64,000 bases of DNA, from assembly GCF_006345805.1 (NCBI RefSeq), contig NC_043010.1:19654001-19718000 (forward strand). The letters are read 5' to 3'. Made by a program: the position numbers and the translations under genes. A model generated the notes under the pieces. That model did no database searches and was not told the DNA's origin. It was given only the letters and a program-made list of their open reading frames with translations. This stretch comes from Octopus sinensis (taxonomy: Eukaryota). Positions 27,184 through 39,600 of this stretch are shown piece after piece. Numbering within the stretch: position 1 is the first letter of the stretch; each line of letters starts with the position of its first letter.

Positions 27184-27255
<72 letters not shown>

Positions 27256-27469
27256 TATATATATCCCTCTCTCTCTTTCGGAGAGGCACTGAGCAGCTAT
27301 ACGCACACATACACACATGGCAGTAACTTCCATCTACCGAATTCAATCACAAAGCTCCGGTCGGCTCGGGGCTATAGTGGAAGACACCTACCCAAAGTGC
27401 CACACAGTGGGACTGAACCCGAAACCATGTAGCTAGGAAGCAAGCTCCCTAACCACACAGCCGTGCCCG

Positions 27470-27519
<50 letters not shown>

Positions 27520-30500
27520 GAGTCTGAGAAACTCCAGCTGGAAGGATAAGACAAGGGAGATAAATATTGCACTTACTACATGCTACTGTGGGGTGGTCTG
27601 CTAGAAATAACAGCTGAGTCTTCTTCATACTCTATTCTCTCCTTAAAAAGGAAGAACACATTGGATGACATAGCCCTTGATATACAAAGCTGTGGGGATG
27701 GTCATGGATGGAATGCCTTTGATCCTAGATTTACGGGATCAATGCTGATATGTTCTGTTCATATACAACATTTTTTTAGGGAGGAGGTTATGATATAATT
27801 GTTAGTTTTAAGCCATTAATCAACCATCATTAAGCAGACATGTGATTGGAAATATTCCAATCATGAGCATCCCATCTTTTTCGGGAGATTCGACTGCTAT
27901 TTCTAGCATCTAACATAGAGACTCTCTCGTTGGCTCACATCTTGGTTGTTTGTTGTTTAGCCCCAGGTCAGTACTCTTTGAGCAGACCTATGAAGTTGTC
28001 TACAATTTGTTACTGATGCAGTATTTCTAGGACTACCTTATCTCATGTGTCCTTCATGTTTTTGACAACAGTGTTATTTGAGAGAGATTTGGCTGCTATT
28101 GTTAGCAGTTCAAGTAATTACTTACATGCTTCCTCATTGGCTTGCATCTTGATTAATATTTTAGATGAGAATTCATCTCTTCAAGAACCATAAATTAAAT
28201 TAATTGAAGCAAATGACAAACATAAATCAAAACATCTTCCTTTGTATTTAACTCTTTAGCATTTAAACCGGCCCAGACATCCTTTTTATTTTATGCTCTC
28301 ACATCTGTTCTACTGTGTCATTCTGAAAATAAGCAATCACATCATCAAAATAAAGTATAATTAATTCAAAATGATGTGAATAAATAAGGATTACATTTGA
28401 GAGAAAAATCTGAATGCTGAAGGGTTAAAATACCTTTTCACTGTTTATTTGTTTGTTAATCTCTCCAGATATTCCTGAATGGTCGGCTGTGCCAACAACC
28501 GGGAAGTGCACACCTTGCTAAAGCTGTGGTGGAGAACCTAGATCTGTCTCGTCCACAGTACTTTGCCATCCAGTCTGTTGCTGCCAATGGTCAGATGTCA
28601 CCCTCAGCAGAGGTTGTCTTTGAAGGTTTGGAGCGATGGCTCGATGACGGCGATAAAAGCACTGAGTCGGACACAGATCTTTCAGAGATCCTTCCTAGTC
28701 CCCTTGGTAATTCAGGACCACAGAGAACGGTAAGTTCTAGTTTTTGTTCTGTTGTTTTAATTATGTTATTATGTTAGCGGAGAGGGGTGCAGATGGTAAC
28801 TTGCTGCCCCAAACATCATATAAATTGACCCCCCTTTATTTTGTATTTAAGTCATTTTGTATTGAGATTTATTTCTGCCTTTCATCAAGAAAATGACAAG
28901 GGTATGGGTTGTGATATTCATTCCTTGCTGAATGGCATTTACAAGTGTAGCCCAGTGGTTAAGAGGTTTGCTTCCCAATCATGAGATCTTTGGTTCAATC
29001 TCACTTAGTAACATCTCAGAGTAATGTCTTTTTAGCTTTTGGCCAGCGTAAACCTTTTCAGAGAAATTAAGTAGATGGAAACTTTGTGGAAGCCCTTACT
29101 GTGTCACCTAATTTTGTGTGAGAATTATATTAAGAATTGACATGTCTGTGGAATATTCAGCTCTGTCTACACCTTAATTTAATAAGTCAATTGATCATCA
29201 TTAAAACTCACAGGTAAATCTCATTAAGAGGGAAAGTGGTAGAGTTACAGACTTGTTAGAACCTGGCTGCAAGAGAATTCACCTGGTGCTTCCTATCTTA
29301 TTACTGGAAATGTGAGGTATAATTTATGGCAACATGTTTTTGCCACCACTGTAAGGTAAAGTCTTAATTATCACTATGGTGGGAGGTTTTAGCCATTACT
29401 GATGTAGTTTTGACCATCACTACAATGTACAGTTTCAGCTATCACTGTGAGGTGTAGTGTTACATGAATAAATGTATTTTTCTTATCTCTGAGCTGCTGG
29501 TTTTGATTCTTATTACAATCTCATCAGGGATCACTAACCCACTTCATTTGTTCATCAAGAAACTTATTACTTATTATTATTATGTATTAGGACTTCACTA
29601 AAGTGGATAGTCCAATTTGCATGACAGCAGTTTGACTTACCGACATGAGTAATTAATTATCATCAAGAACTCCGTCAGTTATGATGACAAGTGTTTCTGT
29701 TTATCTAATCAATAGAGCAACCTGCCCATGAAATTAAGGTGCAAGTGGCTTAGTACTCCACAGACACGTGTACCCTTAATGTAGTTCTCAAGGAAATTCA
29801 GCATGACATAGAATGTGACAAGGTTGGCCCCTTTTGAAATTCAGGTACAGCTCATTTTTATTAGGTGAGGGACTGAAGCAACATGAAATAAAATGTCTTG
29901 CTCAAGGACACAACATGCCACCAGGAATTGAACTCATGACCTCATGATTATGAATCGAGTACCCTGACCACTAAGCCACATGTCTTCACCAATTGTCATC
30001 TATCATCATCACTCATACAATACTTACAGTGCAATCCACCCAAACACCCTGAATGTCAGTAAGTGCAGTTGTACTTTTAATTTCAGTTTGTTGCAATCTA
30101 TGACTACAACCCATCAGTGCAGTCTCCACATGACTACGCAGAATCTGAATTACGGTTTAATGCAGGTGACCTTATCACAGTCTTTGGGAACCAGAGGTCA
30201 GATGGATTTTTCTGGGCTGAGGTAACTAGAAATTATTATCTTACCTCTTTGCCTTCATGTCTGAGTGTGTGTGTAAGTGTGTATTGTAAATAAATATATA
30301 TTATATGTATGTAAATATATATATATATGTATTTACCTACAATTATGTATAAGTATCTCTTTGTGTGTGTGTACAAACATGTACACATATGGGCATGTAC
30401 TTCATCAAAAATTCTCTATCTTTCAGTTAAATGGTAACCAAGGGCTTGTCCCTGCAAGTTTTGTGGAAGAAGTTCCAACGAAAGGTTCTCGGTCAAAACC

Positions 30501-31803
30501 AGTAAGTTTCACAATCCACTTTTTAAGATTGTTTTTCTTGCCTCTCCGTCCACTACAGCAGCAGCCCCTGACCGTTTATCACATCATGGTGGGCGGAGCA
30601 TGATTCACACAGCAAAACACTATAAAGTACATGATTTATAATTTAATTATTACAGACATAATACAGGATATATTACATATGTGATGCACATATAATGCAG
30701 AAACACCCTGCAGACGGTGAGGGTCAAGAAAATAAAACTAAAATTTTTAAATTTATTCTTTTTGTGTAGTCTGGTGCCAAATGGTCCATACCCAGTTAAC
30801 TGGAAACCCTTTCACTTTAGGATCTATTGTTCCTTCTATCATCCATTCTACAACCTGTTGTTCTGTTCACTGTCTATTTACCTTTCATTCCTTCAAATTT
30901 GATGAATGACACAGCAGACTGACTTACCAGAATTCTGCTGGACTATACTAAATGTTAACTTCTTACGACCTTGTTCCAATGCCAAAAGACATCATCTTCA
31001 CCATTTCTCTTTATTGTTTATTGTTATTAGTATCATTATTACTAAGGCGGCAAGCTGGCAGAAACGTTTGCACGCCGGGCGAAATGCTTTGTGGTATTTC
31101 GTCTGCCGCTTTGTTCTACGTTCAAATTCCACCAAGGTCGACTTTGCCTTTCATCCTTTCAGGGTCAATTAAATAAGTACCAGTTACACACTGGGGTCGA
31201 TATAATCGACTTAATCCGTTTGTCTGTCCTTGTTTGTCCTCTCTGTCTTTAGTCCCTTGTGGGTAGAAAAAAAATAGGTATTTCTTCAATTGCTACGTTC
31301 TGAGTTCAAATTCTGCCAAGGTCAACTTTGCCTTTCATCCTTTTGGGGGTTGATAAATTAAGTACCAGTTGCATACTGGGTCAATCTAATCGACTGGCCC
31401 TCTCCCCACCCCCCAAATTCCAGGCCTTGTGCCTATAGTAGAAAGGATTATCATCATTACTACGAAGACGACAAGCTGGCAGAATCATTAGCATGCTGGA
31501 CGAAATGCTTAGCGGTATTTCTCTCTCATCGCTACATTCTGAATTCAAATTCCGCCGAGGTACACTTTGCCTTTTAATCTCTCTGAGATCAATAAAATAT
31601 AAAACGCCTGTCAAGTGCTGGGAGTCGGTGATATTTATTAGTGGCCCCTCCCCTCAAAATTATAGCTTTAGCCCTCTGTCAGAAACCGTTGTTGTTGTTG
31701 TTATTATTATTGTTGTTGTCATTTTGCTTTTCAGGTGAGTCGCCAGAACAGCAACGCCTCCCAGAAATCCCTACAGAACACAGTTGGTCGAACAAGTAGG
31801 TGA
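18734..31803 (+). CDS. RIMBP2-like: RIM-binding protein family (RIMBP2/TSPOAP1-like) multi-exon gene, 3' part: join(18734-18832,19267-19434,20778-21267,22305-22435,23440-23524,24193-24384,25707-25837,28469-28729,30087-30221,30427-30501,31735-31803); coiled coil, SH3, FN3, SH3
   Basis: All introns are GT-AG and the phases match (0,0,1,0,1,1,0,0,0,0), giving a 1836-nt open frame. The second SH3 ([61 protein letters not shown]) has the RIM-BP-type long RT loop with SP and DGF...ELNG..GLVP motifs. An FN3 lies between the two SH3s. Confidence 0.85.
19267..19434 (+). CDS. RIMBP2-like: Exon, coiled coil ([29 protein letters not shown]...)
   Basis: ctctgccccag acceptor and AAG|gtaaga donor; 168 nt, phase 0/0. 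Confidence 0.85.
19644..19947 (-). mobile_element. tRNA-derived SINE family D
   Basis: Reverse tRNA head GTGGAGGCGCAATGGCCCAGTGGTTAAGG; 3' part shared with 36369-36664 and 61184-61455. Confidence 0.75.
20473..20523 (-). ncRNA. Minimal type I hammerhead-ribozyme-like motif (decayed)
   Basis: CCU-CUGAUGA-GAAC(8-nt loop)GUUC-aAAA-AUuGAU-UA-AGG; both defects are CpG-type transitions. Confidence 0.55.
20778..21267 (+). CDS. RIMBP2-like: Exon, S/Q-rich linker with polyQ and the N-terminal half of SH3-1
   Basis: ttttacag acceptor and G|gtcagt donor; lies within ORF 20748-21329; ends [34 protein letters not shown]. Confidence 0.85.
22305..22435 (+). CDS. RIMBP2-like: Exon, C-terminal half of SH3-1 ([28 protein letters not shown]...)
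   Basis: tgcag acceptor and CAG|gtaagt donor; phase 1 to 0; GLVP motif. Confidence 0.88.
23440..23524 (+). CDS. RIMBP2-like: Exon, linker ([28 protein letters not shown])
   Basis: tttttgtatttccag acceptor and A|gtgagt donor; phase 0 to 1, needed to bridge the flanking exons. Confidence 0.75.
23640..24115 (+). mobile_element. SINE family A composite with an RTE-tail insert
   Basis: A/B boxes, duplicated AAGCCTTGTGA segment, CCCATGCCAGCATGG...GATGAT insert. Confidence 0.7.
24193..24384 (+). CDS. RIMBP2-like: Exon, S/T/G-rich linker
   Basis: ttttgtttacag acceptor and AAG|gtgagt donor; phase 1/1. Confidence 0.8.
24449..25040. repeat. (CT)n plus a long compound (TA)n/(TATG)n microsatellite
   Basis: Direct inspection. 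Confidence 0.95.
25707..25837 (+). CDS. RIMBP2-like: Exon, N-terminal half of FN3 ([43 protein letters not shown])
   Basis: cccag acceptor and CGG|gtaagt donor; FN3 P..P, SW.PP and GY motifs. Confidence 0.88.
26041..26457 (+). mobile_element. SINE family A, full length
   Basis: Colinear with 1878-2238. Confidence 0.8.
26678..26852 (+). mobile_element. SINE family B
   Basis: AAGGTGGCAAGCTGGCAGAATCGTTAGCAC head plus core. Confidence 0.75.
26980..27186 (-). mobile_element. Short element within (TA)n carrying a hammerhead-like motif (possibly Penelope pLTR-derived)
   Basis: Minus strand CUGACGA-A-GAGC-UCC-GCUC-GAAA at 27081-27119; flanked by TA repeats. Confidence 0.5.
27318..27470 (-). mobile_element. 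SINE family A, 5' part
   Basis: Reverse A/B boxes (GGGACTGAACCC, CCACACAGCC). Confidence 0.75.
28248..28428. mobile_element. TTAA MITE family 2, opposite orientation
   Basis: TTAACTCTTTAGCATT ... AATGCTGAAGGGTTAA. Confidence 0.7.
28469..28729 (+). CDS. RIMBP2-like: Exon, C-terminal half of FN3 plus acidic linker
   Basis: ctctccag acceptor and ACG|gtaagt donor; IFLNG...[27 protein letters not shown]; 261 nt, phase 0/0. Confidence 0.88.
29668..29989 (-). mobile_element. SINE family C
   Basis: Inverted homolog of 13347-13640. Confidence 0.7.
30087..30221 (+). CDS. RIMBP2-like: Exon, N-terminal part of SH3-2
   Basis: tttcag acceptor and GAG|gtaact donor; FVAIYDYNP...SP...[14 protein letters not shown]...DGFFWAE. 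Confidence 0.92.
30427..30501 (+). CDS. RIMBP2-like: Exon, C-terminal part of SH3-2 ([25 protein letters not shown])
   Basis: tttcag acceptor and CCA|gtaagt donor; GLVP motif. Confidence 0.92.
31043..31690 (+). mobile_element. Three tandem SINE family B copies
   Basis: Three family B cores; young-looking first copy. Confidence 0.8.
31735..31803 (+). CDS. RIMBP2-like: Probable terminal coding exon ([22 protein letters not shown])
   Basis: ttttgcttttcag acceptor, phase 0; TGA at 31801-31803. Confidence 0.65.
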   Translation: MSRQNSNASQKSLQNTVGRTSR

Positions 31804-32396
31804 TGTGATGTGTGGCTTACCACACCTGTCTTAATGAGGTGGTGGGGGAAAAGGGTGGATGGGTGGGTGGAAATAAATAAGCAATAATAATAATAGTAAT
31901 AATAATAGTAATAATAATAGTAATTAATGTTAGTGCCAAATCTGTGTAAGATACATCTCATATATATAATAGTATATTTATTATATCCATATGTTTATAT
32001 ATATATATATATAATAGTATATAATATATATATATGTATTATATATATTATATATTTATATATAATATATATATATGTATTATATATTTATATATAATAT
32101 ATATATATATGTATTATATATATTATATATTTATATATAATATATATTATATGTTTATGTTTCTATATATATATATACATATTAGAGTTTGTTCCAGAAA
32201 ACCCCACTTTGTGTTAATTGACTGCTGCATCTGATGGTTGATCACAATGGCTGTGGGGAGGGGTGGGTGGGATGGAGAAGGAATCTGGAGGTGGGGGGGG
32301 ACTGGTGGTGAGAGCTCGATGTTCTCTCCTTCACAGCCCTCACTTTATGTTAATCTCTCTGTTACTTCATAACTGGCTATTATTGTGTCTAGCTAG

Positions 32397-32443
<47 letters not shown>

Positions 32444-33586
32444 ACTTGTATTATTAAGTATTTGTCACAATACAATGAATGCCATGCGTTTGTGAAAGAC
32501 TTTGCTTAGCGCCACAAATGCCATCCATGGACTTTGGTTATGATTCCTGCCACTTGTCACATTTGTATTTCATATCATGGAAAACTGGAGTTAAGGACAA
32601 ATTTCTATTCTAATAATAAAGTTTAACCAAATTACTAAAATACTTCTGTGTGTACTTAAATTATTAAACTGGACATTTATTGCTCATAAACGTGTGTGTG
32701 TGTGTAAAACTAAATTCCTGTAAATGGATTGGATGGGGGGGGGGGGCTCTTAGGTCTTCTGCCATTTGCAGAATATGTTCTGTACAGTTTGTTGCTAATG
32801 CCATAAACTCTTTTAATAACTTTTATTACAACAACAAATGCAGTAAATTTTATTGTTGAAAATTTTGAAATGGAAAATTAAAAAAAAAAAAAATACAATT
32901 TTCTTAAAAGTATTTCAAGAAAATTCTGTTTTATAGAATTTACCAATATTTGTAGAATTTTCATAAACCTGTAAAGTTTACTAACATTTGCAAAGTTTCT
33001 GTTTATTTCTGGATTTTTAAATCCATTTCATATAGTTGACATAATTTTGTAGTATTTATGCATTGGCAGGTATATGAAATATATATATACACAATCTCTG
33101 ATATTTAATCAATGACTAGACCATGGTTTGTGTGTAGTATGAAGGATCACCTGGCTAGAGAGCTGGGTAGGATCTCGATCGAATATTGATCATTTCTACA
33201 TATTTTAGATAGTAGATGGTGAATTTGGATGTAATTGATGTGCGTGTGAGTGTGTGTGGGTACATGCGTAGTTCCATATGTATGTACGCACACACTCAAT
33301 GCAGCGGGTGTGGAGGTTATCTTACTAAGCAGTTATAACTATTTCATTTACATGGTTGCCCTCTGCATTGCTGATACATACACACACACATATATATATA
33401 TACACACACACACATACATATTTACATATATGTATGTATGTATGTTTGTGTATATATATATATATATATATATTTGGCATGACAAATTATGCCATGAGAT
33501 GATATGTATTGGTATGGTGTATAATACCACCTTATTTAATATGTATAGCTTTACAGGAATAATTCTAATATCCGGTGTACCCATAA

Positions 33587-33634
<48 letters not shown>

Positions 33635-34447
33635 TGCATCCCCCCACACACACAAATATATGCAGAAATATATCCATATAATCTAATAATCATTGTTCAA
33701 AGACAACATTTTATAAAAAAATGTTTAATCCTTAAAAAATAAACCATGCAAATACAGTATACAATATATATATTTATGTGTATATGTATATATATATATA
33801 TATATGCATGTATATATATTTATATGTATATATATATATTTATATGTATATATATATATAAACAACATATGTATATATATGTGTGTATATATAAACAACA
33901 TATATATATGTATATATATATATATAAATGATATATATATATATATAGATATATATGATATCATATACTGCTTATATTTTTATAAGTAAAACAATAAATT
34001 ATTCTCTAAAAAAAACAATAATCATAATATTAAATATCAAAAATATATATATAAAATAAAGCAAAAATATTTTTAAAAAGCACATGCATGAGGAAGAATG
34101 TTTCACATTGAAATGGTGGAAATGTTTTTTTTTTTTTTTGTGGATTTCATAGTTTTAAAGTTTCCTCTTATAAACTGATTGGGGAAACAAAAAAACTTAC
34201 AAAAATTAAACAAAAAAAATATATAAACATTTGCCTGAAATACTCTTTGTACAATAATAATAATAATAATAACGATGAGGATGATGATTATGATGATGAT
34301 ATGTTCACATTAATTCTAAAGAAGTATATCAACTTGGTAGTGTTGGTGTTTGTAGAGCAAAGATGTTTTGGGGGGTGAGGATGGGGGGGTGGGGTTGAGT
34401 AGAATAAAGTATATTGTCACCCAGGTGTGAAGTGCAAAGTTATATAC

Positions 34448-34500
<53 letters not shown>

Positions 34501-35227
34501 GCTTGGTGGCAATGATGACTAGGTATTATTGTTACCAAGTCCTCTCCACCCAGAGTCGACACTTCTCACCTGTAAGATAGATCTATCTCTAAGTGCCATC
34601 ACCTTGATGTGCCACTTATAGTCAGCAATGACTGAGGTACTGCAAACAATAAGTACTCTTGTACACCCACCCCCATCTACCCCCTACTATACTGCTGGGT
34701 TTTTTTTTTTTTTTTTTGTTTTGTTTGGTTTCCTTTTTTTTGCTTGGTTTTCTGTTGTATTTAACAGTTTTGCATTTAATTTGAAAATTACTGCTTGAAA
34801 TCATACACATATATACATACCATTACACTGCCATACACACATATCCACACCTTTATATACTGAAGCACACACACACACACACACACATATACATATATAT
34901 ATACACATATACATTATTACACTGCCACATACCCATATACATCCTCACTGTTATACATACAAACACTTTTGCTCCCAGCAACATACATTTGCATACTCAC
35001 ACATACTTACAAACTCTCCTGCATACACAAGGCAGAGATTCAACCGGAAGCTACCCAAATTCTTAACATTGGCATTGAGTTCTTAGAGATGCCATTTTGG
35101 ATTTACTTTCTTTTGGCTGATTTTTATTATCAAGGAAACCATCAACAAACATTATGATTCTTCGATGCCTTATCTACCTCTTACATATACTCTTTTGGTT
35201 TGTGTATATGGTCAACGTTCACCACAG

Positions 35228-35267
<40 letters not shown>

Positions 35268-36368
35268 GTGAGCATAGGTGGGGCAACTGGGCAGAATCTA
35301 ACAAGTATCAGCCTGCCGTCTTTACCTTCTCGGAATTTTTGACCTGTGGAAGGTAGAGCGGGATGCGAATACAAAAGAGGTGTATTGTGGAAGCCCGTCT
35401 GCAGCCATTGTTATGGAACACCTAGAAAACCGTGTTTGGTGTCGAAGAATGCCCCTTTACTTTTGGGTTAACATGTATTTAGCATTGCTTCCCATGTGGT
35501 GAGAGACTGCCTTGCTATGGTAAGGGAAGTCTCTCCTTTCTTGACAACCGTTGAGTTCCTTGGCAACTGGCGAGTCTCTCATAGTTTTGAATTTCTTGCC
35601 TATTGCCAAGTCTCTCAACTACAGTCAAGTCTCTCGGCAAATCTGAGTAAATGTCAGATGCATAAAAAAAAAAGAAAGAAAATTTTGAAATTCGTGACCA
35701 ACGATGCAGCTCTTACGTGATAACCCGAAGTCATTCTTCACATAGCACACACATATATTGAAACACACATACACCTGCATGTGATATCGCTGTTTTGTCT
35801 GTATGTCTGTATATGTAGTGACAACCACACTTACACACATGCTCATTTGGAAACAGAAGACGAATGAGAGAGAGAGAATGCTATGGGTGTATGTATGTGC
35901 CTGAGCCACTTCGCTGTTAACTACTGAAGCCTCACTGAGACCCGGTCATATCCTCTCTCACTGAGGGGTCACGTGTTGTCAGAGAATGCTCACGTCCAGC
36001 ACTTCAACAATTCCATCCTGATCGCAGACTAGAGGACGGATGCAATGGTAGAAGTCACTGCTCTTGTTGCCTCATCAAAATTCTCCAAATATGTCTTCCA
36101 ACTCACGGACACACAGACACACCCCTTTACACATACATACTTATACAGGTCTTTGACAGAAAGCAATAACAAAACCCAATGTTTGATTGTAAAACCTGCT
36201 GTGCCGTCCGTCCATCGTCCGAAACATGAACAGGTCTCAATTCAGTGTCCTGATCTCAAGGCCTCTGCATCAACACCACTCCTCTTACGTAATATACACT
36301 GTTAACTTCAGCCTTTAACTTTTTTTTATTCCATCTTTAGACATACATCCAAATATCCAAGGCAGCGT

Positions 36369-36664
36369 GTGAAGGCACGTGGCCTGGTGGTTAGGATGTT
36401 TCACCCATGATCGTAAGATCATGGCTTCAATTCCTAGACCAGGCGACGCGTTGTGTTCTTGAGCAAAACACTTCATTTCACGTTGCTCCAGTCCACTCAG
36501 CTGTAACTGGGTCACCCTGTGGCGGAATAGCCTTCCAATCAGGGGCAATGTTGACCTGCTCGCCTAGGCAGTGGGACGACATAATTCAAAAGCTAAAACA
36601 ATGCAAAGCGCATTGTGACCAGCGATGAATAACAACGTCTGATAGCCTGGTCGATACTGTGATA
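36369..36664 (+). mobile_element. SINE family D
   Basis: TGGCCTGGTGG A-box, TTCAATTCC B-box, AAACAATGCAAAGCGCATTGTGACCAGCGATG tail. Confidence 0.75.
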
Positions 36665-39600
36665 CCATGATTATATATATATACATCTATATATAGCTAC
36701 CAATAGTGTAAGGAACTCTGGGAAAACATTATATGCTCAGGTTGGAAGTGGTAAAAATGCTTTTGTATTTTGTTTTGCAAAATATCTTTCAGGAATTAAC
36801 CCCATTAATAGATTGTTTGTTATGGGTTTATATGTTAAGAACAGTTAAAAAGCCATGAGGGGTTTTATGACTTCAGTGCCTCGCTCTCTTTTCTGAGCTC
36901 AGTTGCCAGCCCTGGCACTGCTAGATAAAGCTGTGTTCTCAAATGATACCCACCCATAATACCATCACCACCCTCGCAGACCAATGAAATAATGTTTTAG
37001 CAGCGTTAATGGAGGTTAAACTATTATTTCTTTCCTTCTCTTTAGAAAAATGAAATTTCAATAAATGCAAAGGTTGTGTTCCTGAGAAATTAAGTAAATT
37101 TCTGTTTAAGAATTAATCAAAAATATTCTAATGACAGGAAAATCTTGTCAGCTCATTGTTGTATCTGAATTTCTGATCATGGTTTAGCAACTCATTACAT
37201 TTTCACAGTATCCAGTGACCATCCCACCGACTTGGTTGAACTTTACTACTACTACTACTACTGCTACTACTACTACTACACCACATTATATTGTTAGATG
37301 TCTTGTTAACTGTGGTTTGTGTGGTTGTTCTCTCATAAATCTCCTGGACCGCACATCAAAATACAATGAGAGGAAGCCCCTCACTGGCCACTGTTTCATG
37401 TTCTAACCAACATGATGTGAGTTGAGTCTTTGCTTCTGTAGACTGTTTCACTGGATACGCTGCCCTGTGTCAATTTGCCAGGGTAATTCACTTTCTGCAT
37501 CAAAGATGTGTGAATAGCTGTTAGAAAATGACTGAGACACCACCAAGAGGTTTACCAGTGTTTACTTCAAGACTAAAATTATTTCTTTTTTTTTTACCAT
37601 TCTTCCTGTCTTTTGATTCTTCTGGAGTTGAGAGGGACTCCACTGTTATTTACTGTGATCTGTCAAGTGATCCTCTTTCCTGGACCGCTCAACATCAAAT
37701 ATACAGGGGATCAAGCTTTACAGCCTGTAGTAGGTCACAGGGATTATAACTCTTCACTCCAAAAGCAAATTCAAGTTGTTGTTGTTGTTGTACTAAGCTA
37801 TGTAAAGTTGGATGGTGAAAATAAGTTCCTGGTATGTCAAGACAAGGAGTGGTTTTGACAGCCGGTTGCAGCTATTTCACCCCACTAACACAGCCGATGC
37901 CCACTTCATCATCACTTGTTCTCTAAATGCTCAACAAAGATATTAAGTTGGCTAGAGGTAGTAACTGTTCATACACCAATGGGTAATAACAGGGGAACTT
38001 TCTCAGTTACCTGGACCGACTTTTAACATCATATACTGGTTAAGTACTTCAGCTATTACTCACAAACATTTCATGTGTTCTTAAGCAAATCTTTTAATAT
38101 CTTTTTCCTGGGGCAATGTCATCAATTTTTGGAATACTTATTGCTTACCTACACAATGAAATAGTGACAGTTATTATATGATAAACAATATCTATATGCA
38201 CCTCTCGTTTAGTCTTACTTTCCCATGTTTAATTAAACATCCTTAATTGTAAACACTCTGGTTACAGATATAAATTACACTGGTTACATTTATCCACTTG
38301 TTATAAACTATACTGGTTTTAGGTATAAAATTATATTTAAAACACTAATTAAAAATATTACTGATTACCTTTTGTTTTTGTTTTGGTGGTTCAGTCTCGA
38401 ACTAGTTATAAATGCGATTATAAGCCACATCAGTGGTTACAATAATATTAGGTTTATATACCACTGGTTATAAACAAGTCAATATGTCTAGTTAAACAGC
38501 TAACCTGATAGAAATAAGATTCACATGTTAGGTAACTAGCAGAACCTGTAAAGGTTCTGGGTATCTTTTCTTTCATTAAATGAATTAGAAAAGATCATCT
38601 CTGATAAATAATAATAATAATATATATTTTAAATAATTAATATTTTATAATATTTACTTAAATACTCAATGACTGTTTTAGTTATAAATATCTCTATTAA
38701 GAATTTTCTAATCTTAATAATTAAGGAATCCTAAGAGTTAAGGAATTATAAAGTTTTTTTGCAAAGTCTTTAGGGTGAAAGATATTCAATCACTCAGGAA
38801 TTCATTTGAAGAAGACTTCCAGTCTTAATTTGAAAATACTTTCTGGTTTGTGGTGGTGCCAGGGTTTATCTCTGGATTTGCTTTGGTGAAATACTGAATC
38901 TATTCAAGGAACACTGCTATCGGTATTGAAGTGTTAATTTAGCCTGTATTTAGTTGTATGGTTTAAACAATGGACCTAACGATGGATTAGTCCTAACACA
39001 TTCATCGTGTTTGTTTGATCCAACTTTGGGTGGAACTGTTGTTATGTCAGTTGTAATATGACTCAGCATTTCTGCTGCAGCTTGGTCGTACAGTCAGTCA
39101 AGCTGAATGTTAACGTGTGAGCCATCTCAGCATGTATAGTTTAAAAATAGACATAGATCTTTGTTGATAGAAAATGGGGTTTTGTTCAGGGAGGCAGGGT
39201 ACAGAAATATTTCTGGGATATTCAGATCAGGGGTCAGAATCACAGAAGGAGACAGATGTATAAAACTTTCTTTTTTTTTTGTGAGAGGAGTGGTTAATCT
39301 TTACATTTTTCACCCACTGATGGATTGTTTTTGATATTTTGAAATAATTTTCATAATTTACAGACTTTTCTTCCTCATTTTTGATTTTAGGGGATCGAAG
39401 GGTCAGTAATCTCTTCATTTTTGTTTTATTTTTCGTTTTTTTTTTGTCTGTAAAAAAAAATTTTGTTTTATATTTTCAAACTTTCCACTCCAAGTTGACT
39501 TCTATTTTCATGTCTTTCATAACATATTCTGACCAAATTCATACCTAAACAATTGTGTGTGCATGTGCGAGAAAGACAGCATTTTCTATAAAATATAATT

